Part shown: positions 29,991 through 41,773 of the stretch, one piece after another
Numbering within the stretch: the stretch's first letter is position 1
How the letters are laid out: every line of letters starts with the position of its first letter
Source of the DNA: Tubiluchus corallicola
Lineage: Eukaryota > Animalia > Priapulida
Direction of reading: 5' to 3'
DNA length: 64,000 nt
Assembly: GCA_030141605.1 (NCBI GenBank)
Contig: JAQGDQ010000176.1
Coordinates: 124,001 to 188,000, forward strand
Notes under the pieces: generated by a model
Database searches by the model: none
What the model saw: the letters and a program-made list of their open reading frames with translations, nothing else
Told to the model about the DNA's origin: nothing
Program-made: the position numbers and the translations under genes

Positions 29991-32900
29991 ATAGCATGAC
30001 TAAATTACTAAGACTTGTGACTAAATTACTAAGACTTTACCTGTACAGTTAAGTTTAAACTTTAGCTACTGTATACTTTTATATTATTTATATCTAGGAG
30101 GAAAAAATACGAGAATACTGAAGCGGCTCAGGCTCTGAGTTTAATTCTTGGATTTGGGAAATTCAATTATTCACTGCCAGTTTACAAAATAAAGGCATTC
30201 TTAGCAATATGAAAAATCTAAGGTTCAAGAGCACCTAGGACAAGAAAAAGATTATGGAGAAGACAATACGACTGCACGAGGCCATGAGCAACGTCAACCG
30301 ATTTACTCAGACGATGAGATGGCATGCTTAGAGGAAAAAAATTATTAATTATATACTCATCGTAACTCGTGCATGTTAGAAATTCTAATTGAGCGAAATA
30401 TGCATGAACTGAAATTGGGATTAATTCTCATTTTTACACGTTAGTACTTTCACGATTACCGTAAGCGTATTTAGAATAATAGAATAAGTAAATAATTTGT
30501 CTTTAAATTTTTACAAGACAAAGATAAATAAAAGCAAAAAACTTTAATAATAAAGGAAAGAGAAGGGGTGCCGAAGGTCACCAGGTCAGCCACCCCTATC
30601 CAAATTTAAAGGAAATTGAGTGACGTGTCAAATGGGTATATACAAATAAATATTAATCAATAATTTGAAAAGAGAGAAAAAAACAACTTGGCAAAAACTG
30701 AGATAAGTTTAAATGACTTTAAAATTAAAAATGGCAAACAGTAAATAACTATGGAAGATGAGGCTAAACAAAATTTAATTTAGCAAACAAAACAAAAATT
30801 TGAATTTAATTATTTAGAAAATGTAATAATTTATTTCAGTGTTCTACTGACTGCTGTCTGGCCAATACGGTATTTAATCGAAACGAAAAAAGTTACACTG
30901 AAATACACACGTGTCTACACGGTGAATATTGACATAGATGGAACTGTACGCTGCGCACAGTGTGTACTCAAGCCATAATACTGCTTATAATATACATCTC
31001 TACCTGTCTGACGCTCCTGTAATTTGCAAACAGGTGAGTCAACACGCGACATGCACACCGAGTTAACTCTTTCTACAGGTGTTAAAGAAATCAGCGCAGG
31101 GCAACCTAATCAGATTTAATAGTTTTATATCGATGAGTTGCACATTATAAATTTTCAGCTGTGAAATTTCGGTAAGATTATAATAAGTTCCATTTTCTTT
31201 TATTATTACATAAGTACACATACGGCGTATTCATACAGCCAGGTGCAAAACCCCCTTGAATGCCTTCACTTAACAAAGAACTTGGCATCCCACATCCACC
31301 CCATGTAACGACATCCTACAATATTACAGCATACTCGCACAACACTGCAGGTACAATAAAATTCATGAATACTTCTGCAACAATAGCTTGTACAGGATAT
31401 CCCGGCGAGGCAGCAAATAAGTATCGAGCGAAAAAATTGCTGTTGTATATTTCATTCAAAGCGGGTCTAATTATACTCGATGAAATTAATTCATTCGCGG
31501 TTTACGCCTTTCTGATTTTGAATTGACTTTCCGCCTAGCTTTTCCATATAATACATAGCTAACCGCATAATAAAAATTCATTGTGCGATTTTATGTTAGT
31601 GGTGTGACGATGTCCTAAGCGCAATCTATACCTGAGAACTTACTAGCAAATTGAGAGAGCGGCCATTATACTTATTATACCTAGTACAGATATGTACTGT
31701 TCTTGAAATCATTGTTAGTGAACCATGTTTTCCTTTCACGCGTCAATTCCTGGTCATACTGCTGTTATGACTAACTGAATGGAAAAATGGATAGGTCTAC
31801 TTATATTTTGGTTTTACACAGCAGTATACACCCATACATTTCTTCCACATCGCAAGCCTAAGATTGCTATTACTAAACAGCCTGAATGCCAGTTTCAGTT
31901 GTGAAAATCATACAACCCACTGGGAAACCCCATAATAGCAAGATATGTTACACTAGTTTTATGACGAACATGAGGAACCATTTTGTTATGAAATATGCAT
32001 TACCCCACCACAAGAACAAACAGCTAATAAATGTGCTGACCCGTCGAATCCACAATACAGCAGTGGATATACCGATTTTTCAATTTATAACAGTAACAGA
32101 CACATTCTGAGAGAAGTCGCATAATGCGCCATTCGCAGAAAAGAAACGCAAAGAAAGGTGGAAAGGTACATTCCCATTTGAGAAACGAAAACACTGCCCT
32201 TACAACGCATATTTGCTTTTAATTAACAAAGACTTTGCGCGGAAAACATTCACTATACCATAGTATACATATGCCGTTACTATGTTTCAACTCTCTAGAC
32301 GCACACTATATAGAGTAGAACTTTTTTTCTGTTTTCCCAGTTGAGCCTCAGTGCCAATTTATCGTGCAGTCACAAAAGAAGGGCCAACTCAGGATAAAAT
32401 GGCACCGTTGCTAATGAACACTCCGTTTTATAGGCTTTATAAATGTCTATACATGCTTGAGATTGACTCGTTTACAGTGCACGTTTGGGTAATTAAAAAT
32501 AATGATTTTTTACTAACGTTCGTTGCGAGGTATAAAGTCTAAAAAGACTAATCAACAACGAAACTCTTTCCGCCACCAGTGGATAAGTACTATTGGTTTA
32601 TATTATATATCGCCAACGTAACCCATGCAGTTCTCAACTACAAAACCAACCACACAGCGATGAGACCCATCAAACTGATAACGGACAGACAACATTTCAA
32701 CTCTTAAATTCCGAACGTTCCGCATCAAAATTGTGAAAACCACATTAGCGTCTGAGAAAATTGCCATTACAGAAGATTACGCTACTCCCACGCCACCCAC
32801 GCGCAAAATCAATTGATGGTAAATTTAGAAATGCGCTGCAACGGCAAGCACGTTAGAGATTCAATTTATGAGAAATCCGGCGTGAAAACGAAGAAACCTG

Positions 32901-33884
32901 CATGATGACGTCACGTCAGAAAATGACGATGCCAGGTTCAGCAGGAATGCTGCAAAAATGTGCAAGACAATAATCACTGTCATTTAACTAACGGAAAAAA
33001 TTCCATTGACTTACACCAGTCAACTATTAAAGTTCTAAATTCTATTACTGCTAGAACTTCATCAAGTGATGCACCAGATCTTGGTGTCATAATTAAAACC
33101 AGTCACAACTAAACTCTTAGTCTTAGTGCATTTATTTATTAAGTTATATTAATTATGCTTTTCAGAACCAAAGTCACAATCCAACAGTCTATAACTGGAC
33201 ATGCTTTTGGAGGGATTCGAACATACCTATCTAAACCTGAAGGCAGACAGATTATAGCACTACACCACTGAATAGACTCATAAAGCAAATCAAAGTTTGT
33301 TCAGCTTCGTGTCGCTCAGTTTTTTACACGTAAATCGATAAACAAAATGGACATCTAACTAAACATGTTTAAACTGATAGGGTAAACCGTCGATGATTTT
33401 ACAAGTTAGTTGTTTGAAACAAAATAATTTTATTCTTTAAAATACTGTCAATTCTAGCATTTAATAGATTTACTTTGTTAAACTGTGTTGCTACGCTCAC
33501 CTTTCCAGGAATATAAACCAAATAACTGATAAACTTGAGGCACTTCGATTAGCACACCACAAACAATAGTCAATTGAAACACTTGCATGGTGTATACTAC
33601 ATACATTGCAAATGGTTTGCAGGAAAAATTGCATCAACACAATCATGGGCCCACAAAAACTTTAAAAAGTAATCATTTATTAAATAAATCGATATCTCCA
33701 ATTCAACAGACAACAGATGGAGGAACAGCCAGGAGAAATTACTTGTGATATAAATAATTCCTGCCTGCAGTTAAAAATGGCTGTTGTCATCCCATCATTC
33801 ATAAACATTTGTCAAGGATAAAAACATCAGTCTAAGGAAATCAGATCAGTACGTTCCTAATTGTGAAATAAAATACCGGCTAGA

Positions 33885-34068
33885 ACTTCCGTTGCTAAAC
33901 GGATATTGACAACTGCGTCGAGGTCACGGGTACGGTGGGCTTCGTTCAAATCGGGTCACTCGTCTGTGACGTCATCACAAACCTGATTCCAATCACGATA
34001 GACTGACAGGATTACTCAGTCTGCTCGCGTCACCATGGCGACTGACACCTGCATCTCATTATGCAAAT
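33885..34068. promoter_or_regulatory. Candidate cis-regulatory motif cluster (ETS, CRE, CCAAT, RFX X-box, octamer)
   Basis: acttccg at 33885, TGACGTCA at 33967-33974, CCAAT at 33989, GTCACCATGGCGAC at 34029-34042 and ATGCAAAT at 34061-34068, all in a CpG-rich patch. Confidence 0.35.
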
Positions 34069-37002
34069 TAAACTTGCCAAAATTGTAATTCGTGTTTATT
34101 TTTAAGAGTCGTATGAAGACGGCCATGTTTTGAACCGGCGGAGGAAATACTTGCATCTGCAACTCATTGCAGAGCAAAGAAGATGTACAACAGTTAACCT
34201 CAGGGACAGAAATTCTAGAAGCAGTTAAACGTCTTATACTGTTCATCTATCATACTATACTATACTGACTCGTACGCATTTGGCTTGCTAACGTGCGTAC
34301 AGCAAGAATGGCCGAGAAAAGACTAACAAGTGTTACCTTGCTAACCTTGCTATAGTTTCATTATTACCCCAGTGAGCCAACTCTGAGAAGCACGCGAGAA
34401 TGGGTTATTCTAAGTCGTCTCAGGCATGACAGCACTGCTTCACTTGGCCTACAGCATAAAAACTGGAAACTCAGATTATAAACATACATGTAGAAACGTA
34501 ATGTACAAGGCCGACTGGTACAGTAGAAAGTCAACATGCTCTTATGATACAACCATTCCTTCAGTTACGCCCCAACTCCACAATCCTTTACAACATCTTC
34601 CCTCAGAATTAATTAAAGGTCTTGAATTGTCTTTTCTGACACTAGTCTGGCAGCTAAATGCGCTAAATATTAGACTTTGTAAACTACAAAGACTATGTTG
34701 AATTAAAATTCTATTAAACAATGAAAAAAACTTAAGTAGCTTCGTTTACTTTCGGTAATTAAATAAAACAGGACAATGCACAAACTTCTGACACCGTTTT
34801 TTTTCGTTCAGCACTAAAACATGTGCGACTGAAATTATCCAAGAATGAGTTGATCTGACAGATTTGAAACATGTTCCCAAAAACAATTAAAATGCACTTC
34901 CTTATGTTCCCAAAAATGATTAAATATGACATTAATAAATTACAATGTTAACAACAGTCTTCAAAGTTTATGCTGTAATAAACCATCGAAAAATAAACTC
35001 AAAACTGTTCTGAGTGATAGTGAATACAGGTAACAATAAACACCAATTTGAAAGGTTTCTGAAAGTTTAAGTCATTCAGCGGTCAAGTTACGTGGTTCAC
35101 TTTGAAGTTAGTGCCGAGTTACGTATAGCGCTCTGCATTAAATAATAACTGTCCATTTACAGTCCAAGCGAGCCTGACAGATACTTAGTAAATTAAAGCT
35201 TTGTGCAGTACCCAATTTACAAAATGGCTTCAAATTCACGATAATTCGCGTAAGTGAGCTTCACCGAATTGTCGTCTTATTTCATTACATATAACAATGA
35301 ATAAATGTTCTATTAGCAGCTCAACTTATAAAGTATGTAATATGGGTTTCTCGCTTCGGTAGGAAACGACGTAAAGGACTTAGTAATGTTTCTGGTGTAT
35401 CAATCTCCTCTCTCTGAATTTTCCTATGGCATAAACTGATTGCACAAGAGCGGAAGCAAAGTGCCATATGGTTTTTCTGAAATAATTCGAACACGAATGG
35501 GCGATAACATAACTAGAACAAACATTAACAACAAGCAGCCAGTCTTTGCATCTCGACAACAAATCACTGTTTAAATGTAACTATTAGGAGAAGATCGAAC
35601 AGATCCATAATCGATCATCGCCCTGATGAGAACAGTAAATTGTTAAGTAAGGAAAATCGTCAGACAATAAAGAATTCTGTCACCCAGCGATTTAAAAGCA
35701 CTGCTGCACGAACAGGAACAACGTATGACTAGTTCTCGATCTATAACTGAACCAGGAATAGATAACCAATCGATAATAATAATAACATAAATTAGACGCA
35801 GCCATACGAATATCTCATAAAAAAGAAACTTTTGGGGTGACACAAAAAGAAATTCCAGTTAACGATCAGCGATTATAACCAACAAAAGAGCCAGAATCCC
35901 CCCAAATGTTTGCCTAAAAACGCCAACCAGAGCTAGAATTTCTCAAACATTTGCCGAAAAAGCGCCAAATACTCAAAAACTTAAGGACAAGAAAAGGGTA
36001 CCAGAAGTAGGTTTCAGAAAAATTGCGTTGAAAAATTATATTACTTTATAGCAATTTTATGCGTATATCGTACTCGCGTTAAAAGGAATTTTTGTTTGTT
36101 TTCATTTTAAATCTCCCGTAATACTGTTCCGAACGCACCATTACATGATGTCATATACGCACAACGTAAATCAGGGGAAGAAAAGGAAATGTTAAATTAT
36201 GTCCCAAAAAACTTTTCACGCAAAGTTATATTACTTAGCATTTCGCTTGCCTGCTTGAAAGACTTATGTAACTAGAAAAGAAAGTTATTATTTAAAATGT
36301 TTTACCAATTGATAAAATATCGTGTCACCTCCAGGGTGCACTCACTAACCAAAAACAACTTATTTTTGATCTTACTGACAAGGTGCAGTAATTTAACATT
36401 TGACTTAGTTAGTAATGTGTGCGCTGCCAATGCTTTAATTATTTTTTCAAACTCAGTCTTATCTAAACTTGTTTCAAATGACTTACTGTCAAAATGGCTG
36501 CGGCTAACGGTCATCGCAGGAACTTAAATTTACATGTTTTATGCAGCGTTATTGTCACCACAAGCCCTGTATGTAAAAAGGCAGCATATAAGTGGTGTAA
36601 AATTTTAAGACGTATTTTTACGCTTTATGTAAGTGAAAGGTTTCCTTGTGCGTTAATACTCTTAATCTTAACCTATAACTTATTAAAGAGACCCGTAATC
36701 GGAGAGCATTAACTGACCCATAAAAATCACCTACGAGGTTACACTGGACTAACCACAGCATAAATTTCACATACAAAAATTGCAGATCATTACACTTCTA
36801 AATTGAAACCATAATTTCACACATTTTGTGTCTTATAATGACAGACTCCCTATAACAATTAAAAGAACAGAATTCATTTCCCCACTTGATGCTTTTTTAT
36901 ACGAGTGAGTTAGTAACAGGTATCCTGTTTATTTTTTATTTATTTTAATTTATTATTTATTTTATTCACACCCAATAGTAAAATACTGTTTATAATAATA
37001 AA

Positions 37003-37006
<4 letters not shown>

Positions 37007-37035
<29 letters not shown>
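37007..37035. repeat. (TA)n microsatellite
   Basis: Read directly. Confidence 0.9.
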
Positions 37036-37040
<5 letters not shown>

Positions 37041-38107
37041 CGTTGGCAAAAAACATACAAATACAATACGTATTTACAAGAGTGTGGTAAAGACACAAAG
37101 AGATTAACTGCTTACATGTCTATTGTGTAGAAGGAATTTATGCAAATTTACATTATATTAGCGGCTTTTAAATAATTTAATGTTTTGTGCAATTACGAGG
37201 AGTGCACCATCAACATAAGCAGATAAAACTCGATTTGAAAAAACTGGCCAAATGATAGTTCAGCAGGTCGACGCACGAAATGCTTCAGAGAATGATTTTG
37301 CTTTATACACGGGCAAAAAATTTGTCAAAATTTGATCGGTAACAACTAACAAGGCAACGGCAACTGCATGTTAATTAGCGGAAAATTACGCAACCAAGTT
37401 TATAAAACCTGCACAAAAATTTCTTGGAACTTAAAGTTCTGTAACATATAATCCTCCATCCAGTCGGCACTTGCAAGAAACTGAATACAAACTGATTACA
37501 TTTTGAAATTTCTTTGCGCTGCCATACATGCTTTATAATAATTTATGAAACTATAACTATGGTAATTTTACCATCATGGAGAGCGGGAAATTTAATCAAA
37601 AGACAATCGATTAATCAAACTGTGGCAATTCATAAATACAGTTTGCTGTATAAAGACGATTAGATGCAGTTTCGTACAATTTATGTAATCAAAATCTGGC
37701 AAAGAAAACCATCTCGCAAGCATTGTCGAGAAGCGTTTGCAACTTGACTTTAAGCAAGATAAGCGTTTAGCCTAGCAATTATAACGGTACAGTTTGAAGT
37801 CAACCTCAACAATAAATTTATTTAGGTACGTCTTGGCTTGGACTTTGGCAACCTTTGTAGATTTTTTGATTAGCGGCAACTACACGCGGGGTTTTGTGTT
37901 TGATTTTCAGTAGCTTTACACACTAAGACTCATTTGTAGCAGGGAGTGTCTTAAAGTTAGGATAAACTATCTGAGATATTACATATGGCATGTTTACGGA
38001 ACTTAGAAAGATGAACTATCCATGCGGCAGGATGGCATTAAACTTATAAAACTTGGAGTTCTAGATCTAGATAACTGAGCAATGAGTATTTTAGCACGCC
38101 AGACTTT

Positions 38108-38250
38108 ACCAGATAGTATAGTCTAGTGGTAACGCGTCCGTTTTTCATCTGGGAGCTCGTGAGTTCGATACTGCGGCCGGGTAATACCGAAGGCTTTAAA
38201 CATGGTACCTGCTGTTGCCCTGCCTGATGCGTGGTATTTAGGATAAAAGC
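38108..38250 (+). mobile_element. tRNA-derived SINE with a MetaSINE-like central domain
   Basis: A box tagtctagtggt (38119-38130) and B box gagttcgatac (38161-38171) are followed by cgggtaataccgaaggctttaaacatggtacctgctg. This resembles the GGTCATACCAAAGACT..AAAAATGGTAC core of MetaSINEs as I recall it. Confidence 0.7.
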
Positions 38251-38492
38251 GGAGTAATAATAGTCTCTGCATGTAGGTGTGGATTTGTTGTTTAAGGTCG
38301 GCAAAAAGCTCTTTGAGCTTATGTTAATTGTTAATCCAAAAGCCAACTTTAACTAAAGACTATTATTATAGTGTGAAAGTTTGCTAAAATACTTTGAGTA
38401 CTACAGGTATTTCAAATAAAAAATTGGTGAATAAATCAACTACTTCCAGAGTTGTTTGTTAAGGAATGCAAAAGATGAGAAATACAAAATGA

Positions 38493-40373
38493 GCATGACA
38501 TGCCATGTGGAACAACCACAAGGGGCTTTTTTGTATTGTATCGTATTGTATTGTATTGTATTTTATTGACAAGTAATAAATTCTACATTCACAGCACCAA
38601 ACAGGTGCAATATACACACACAATATTTACAAGATTGGGGTCCATTAAACGAACCAACATTTCTGTTTGCAGTAACTTCAATATCTGCCTCTTTCTAGCC
38701 TTGACTAAATCAGTAAACCTAACACATTTAACAAATTCCACCAATCCTATTACTGTGATTATGTTTTTTTCTTACGTTTATGGGGCATTACAATAAAAAA
38801 TGTTCTATAATTTCTACTGTTTCTGCATTACACATTAAACATGTTCTTTCTTCTTTGATAACTGCTCCCAGCTTCTGCTTCCTCTCTTAAGTCATGCGAA
38901 CGTTTAGCTAACATCCAATTGATACTATATTTACATTCTGAATTTCATTGTCTATAAAATCTCCCTTTTGTTGTTTCACTGGTTCTCAGTTTCTCTGTTA
39001 TAGCTCTATAGCATTCATCATTATGAATTCTCTTAATATCCTTACTTTTGAACATCCCATATTCTATTAGTGTTTTCATACTGATGAAGATAATCAACAT
39101 TTTCATTTAAGGCATTACAAATTCCAGCTTATGGTGATGTAATGTTTGTGTATATTTGTGTTATTAAAATCTTTCATCTTTCTCCAAAATGCTTACACGG
39201 ACTACAATCTCTAAGTGATTCATGAGCTTTTCTAACCCTGGGCAACTGTCATGGTGCCAAGACTGCTATACTTGCCAAACCTGCCCAATCCTCCCCAATG
39301 CCAAGTCTGCTAAATAACCTAAGTGTCAAGACTGCCATTCTACCAAGCCTACTAAAGCGTTAAGACTGCATACTGCCAAAGTCGCAAATTGCCAAATCCA
39401 CCCCACTGCCAAACTGTCAAATCCACAAATCTTTAAGGAGGACTATCAAAATTATCAAGATTAGAAGTATATACAAGCCATATAATAATATGCCAAGGCT
39501 ATCACTAACTGACTGACTGACGGAAGCGCGAAATCATTTGCTATTTTAAGTGCCAATTTCGAAAAAAATGCTAAGATTTCTTGTATCACTTTAACACAAT
39601 GCTGCACATAACAAGGTTTAGACGAACATGGTTTTCTCGTCACCTAAATCTTTTTTACACCAAGTGCAGGTAATGGTGCAGGTTTTACACCAAGCCATTT
39701 GAATAAGATTTGGCTTAAAGAAATACCAAAAAAAAAGGAAATTCAAATTCCATTTAGTTTCAAAAATAATTTTAAATTGAGAAACGGATTTGATCCAGAT
39801 TCGAAAATTGTTTTAAACTGAGATTTACATTATGATCAGGATTCGAAAATTATTATAAAATGAAATAAGGTTTAGATTTAGAATACGGTAATTTCAGATT
39901 CTTGACATTGACTGGCTGCTTGGTTACAATGATTACTTAGTTAATAATTCATTCATGAGTTTGTGAGTTCATTAATCAGGCAATCATTCAATTAACTAGT
40001 CAGCCAGTCAGCCTATCAGTCAGTTAGTTAGTAAGTCATAAAATTGGTACAGAAACTAATAATGTTATTGTACAGACTGCTCCTGATTTTGAAAGTTTTA
40101 TGCAAATTACACTTTATAAAGATTTGTGGATTTTGCAGTTCAACAGTACAGTAGTCGTGACACTAGTCTTGACAGTCACTTTGTTACTGAAGCGGTTTTA
40201 GCAATTTTATGGTATGGCAAGTTTGGCACAGTGGCACATTTGGCAGTTTGGCATTTGGCAGGCTTGGTAAGTGTGATGGTGTTAAAGTAATGAGAGTGCA
40301 TGTGAGGCACTTACAGGAAGTGCCTGAGTGCAACGTAAGCCCTTTGTGTGTGTTCCATATGGCATGCTAATGC
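38493..40373. mobile_element. Foldback-like non-autonomous element with long imperfect inverted arms containing TGCCAA sub-repeats; left arm interrupted by a LINE
   Basis: Inverted matches: 38493-38526 with 40339-40373, 39412-39435 with 40117-40140, and the (ACTG)n tract near 39505-39520 with the (CAGT)n tract near 39998-40035. tgccaa repeats on the left mirror ttggca repeats on the right. Confidence 0.7.
38529..39190 (-). mobile_element. 5'-truncated, decayed non-LTR retrotransposon (ORF2 C-terminal CCHC zinc finger plus (TACAA)n tail)
   Basis: The minus strand translates RSHDLREEAEAG…KEERTCLMCNAETVEIIEHFLL*CP (about 38780-38905), the SHxL…RxCxxC…ExxxHFxLxC pattern of RTEX/Crack/Daphne-type ORF2 ends. 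A pentanucleotide tail lies at 38531-38562, and GCTT is duplicated at both ends. Confidence 0.75.
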
Positions 40374-41145
40374 ATTAGAAGTTTTCCAACATGTCGCGAC
40401 ATTCTCACGAGGGATATGTACCGTAATTCAGAAGTCTGAAAGAAAAACAATCACAATAAATCTAAATAAACACATGGTCACATAACATTTTTTATTTTTT
40501 GCAAAAACAAAAAAGTTGTCAATAAGCTTTTAATTCAAATTTAGTCCTTTCGACAAAATTTCACAGGCATTTACTGAACTATTGATGATGATAATTACTT
40601 ACCTAGAATTTAATATTGCAATATGTAAAGTACTTAGGTAGCTAGACATTAGAGTCTATGACCAGTAGGCTTGCTAATAAGATAAACCTCTAAAGCTGGT
40701 TATATACCTGGCTGTTGTACTTGGAGTTAAAAATAAAATTCTGTCTTTTGAAAGGCATATAATAAAAGTATAAAAGTCCACCAATGCAAACTTGTGTGAT
40801 GGTGGTATTAGAGTTTGTTAGACACATTTGTTAAGTTTATAAAAAAATCTCTGTTTGTTTATTAATTTGCCTAATATAAGCTGAATAATAAAATGAAATC
40901 ATTCATAGTTAAAATGCACATTTCAATAAAAACGTAGGTCATGGAATAACGATACATGCGCCACATTATAGGCCACAACACATTAAGTAAGTGTTAAGTA
41001 AACTACATTTATCATTTCTAAGGCCTTAAGAAAGGTTACACAACATGAAAATTACTACAGAAACTCTCCATTACCAACACTTCGCCTGTACTCTCGAGTA
41101 CCAAATATCAATTGCTCAGCAAAGCTTACAAGTTCAGCGACTCAC

Positions 41146-41402
41146 CGTCACTCTTATAATGTCGAAACTGATACGGCAAATTTCAGCAAACGCCCGGTAT
41201 TACGGAGGGCAAACATGAATTTTTTATTCTTACGTTAATAAGAGTAATACGTATTGATAATTTTTGCCTTAGCGAATTAATTAATTACACTTCGATGAGT
41301 TCGTGGTTACAACTTCAGCAACTATTAAACTTCAGTTTCGCAACACAAGGATTCTCTGCTATAAACCAGCAACAACCGTTACAGGTCCGTTACAGCGTTT
41401 AC
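41146..41402 (-). other. Candidate 5'UTR exon near the putative transcription start of the minus-strand gene
   Basis: Acceptor ccatttcag|G and donor ACG|gtgagt. A 131-bp intron (41403..41533) would link it to a TAG|gtatgt donor. Confidence 0.35.
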
Positions 41403-41533
41403 CTGAAATGGCTGAATTACATGTACTTGGTTTACACACTAACAGTAAGTTCACGGTAAGCCTATTTTAACATTGATCATTTACTATGAAAACATAATTC
41501 ATTAAGCCATAATAATAAGAATGCTAAACATAC

Positions 41534-41773
41534 CTAAAAATTCCAAAAGTACGCGTTGAAAATAACGATAAAACAAGCAAAAAGTAAATCACGTGTTTAT
41601 CACTGTTGTTACTGCGCGCTTACGTCTGCACTGCTTTTGCTGTACAAACTGTGTGCAAGTGCACGAGACCTGAAAGGGGGCTTGGCAGCAAAACAGTAAT
41701 ACATGTACACCCCAAACAGGTCTAGGAGTATTAATGCATTAAACCAAGGATTTTTAAACGTAAAACTGGTGAG
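41534..41773. promoter_or_regulatory. Possible divergent promoter / first-exon region
   Basis: A minus-strand donor at 41533 and a plus-strand donor GAG|gtaagt at 41773/41774 point away from each other. By eye the + strand changes from A-rich to T-rich somewhere beyond here. Confidence 0.25.

Noticed and set aside
38108-38185. Possible tRNA gene
   Set aside because: It has A and B boxes but no convincing cloverleaf, and it continues into a SINE-like body.
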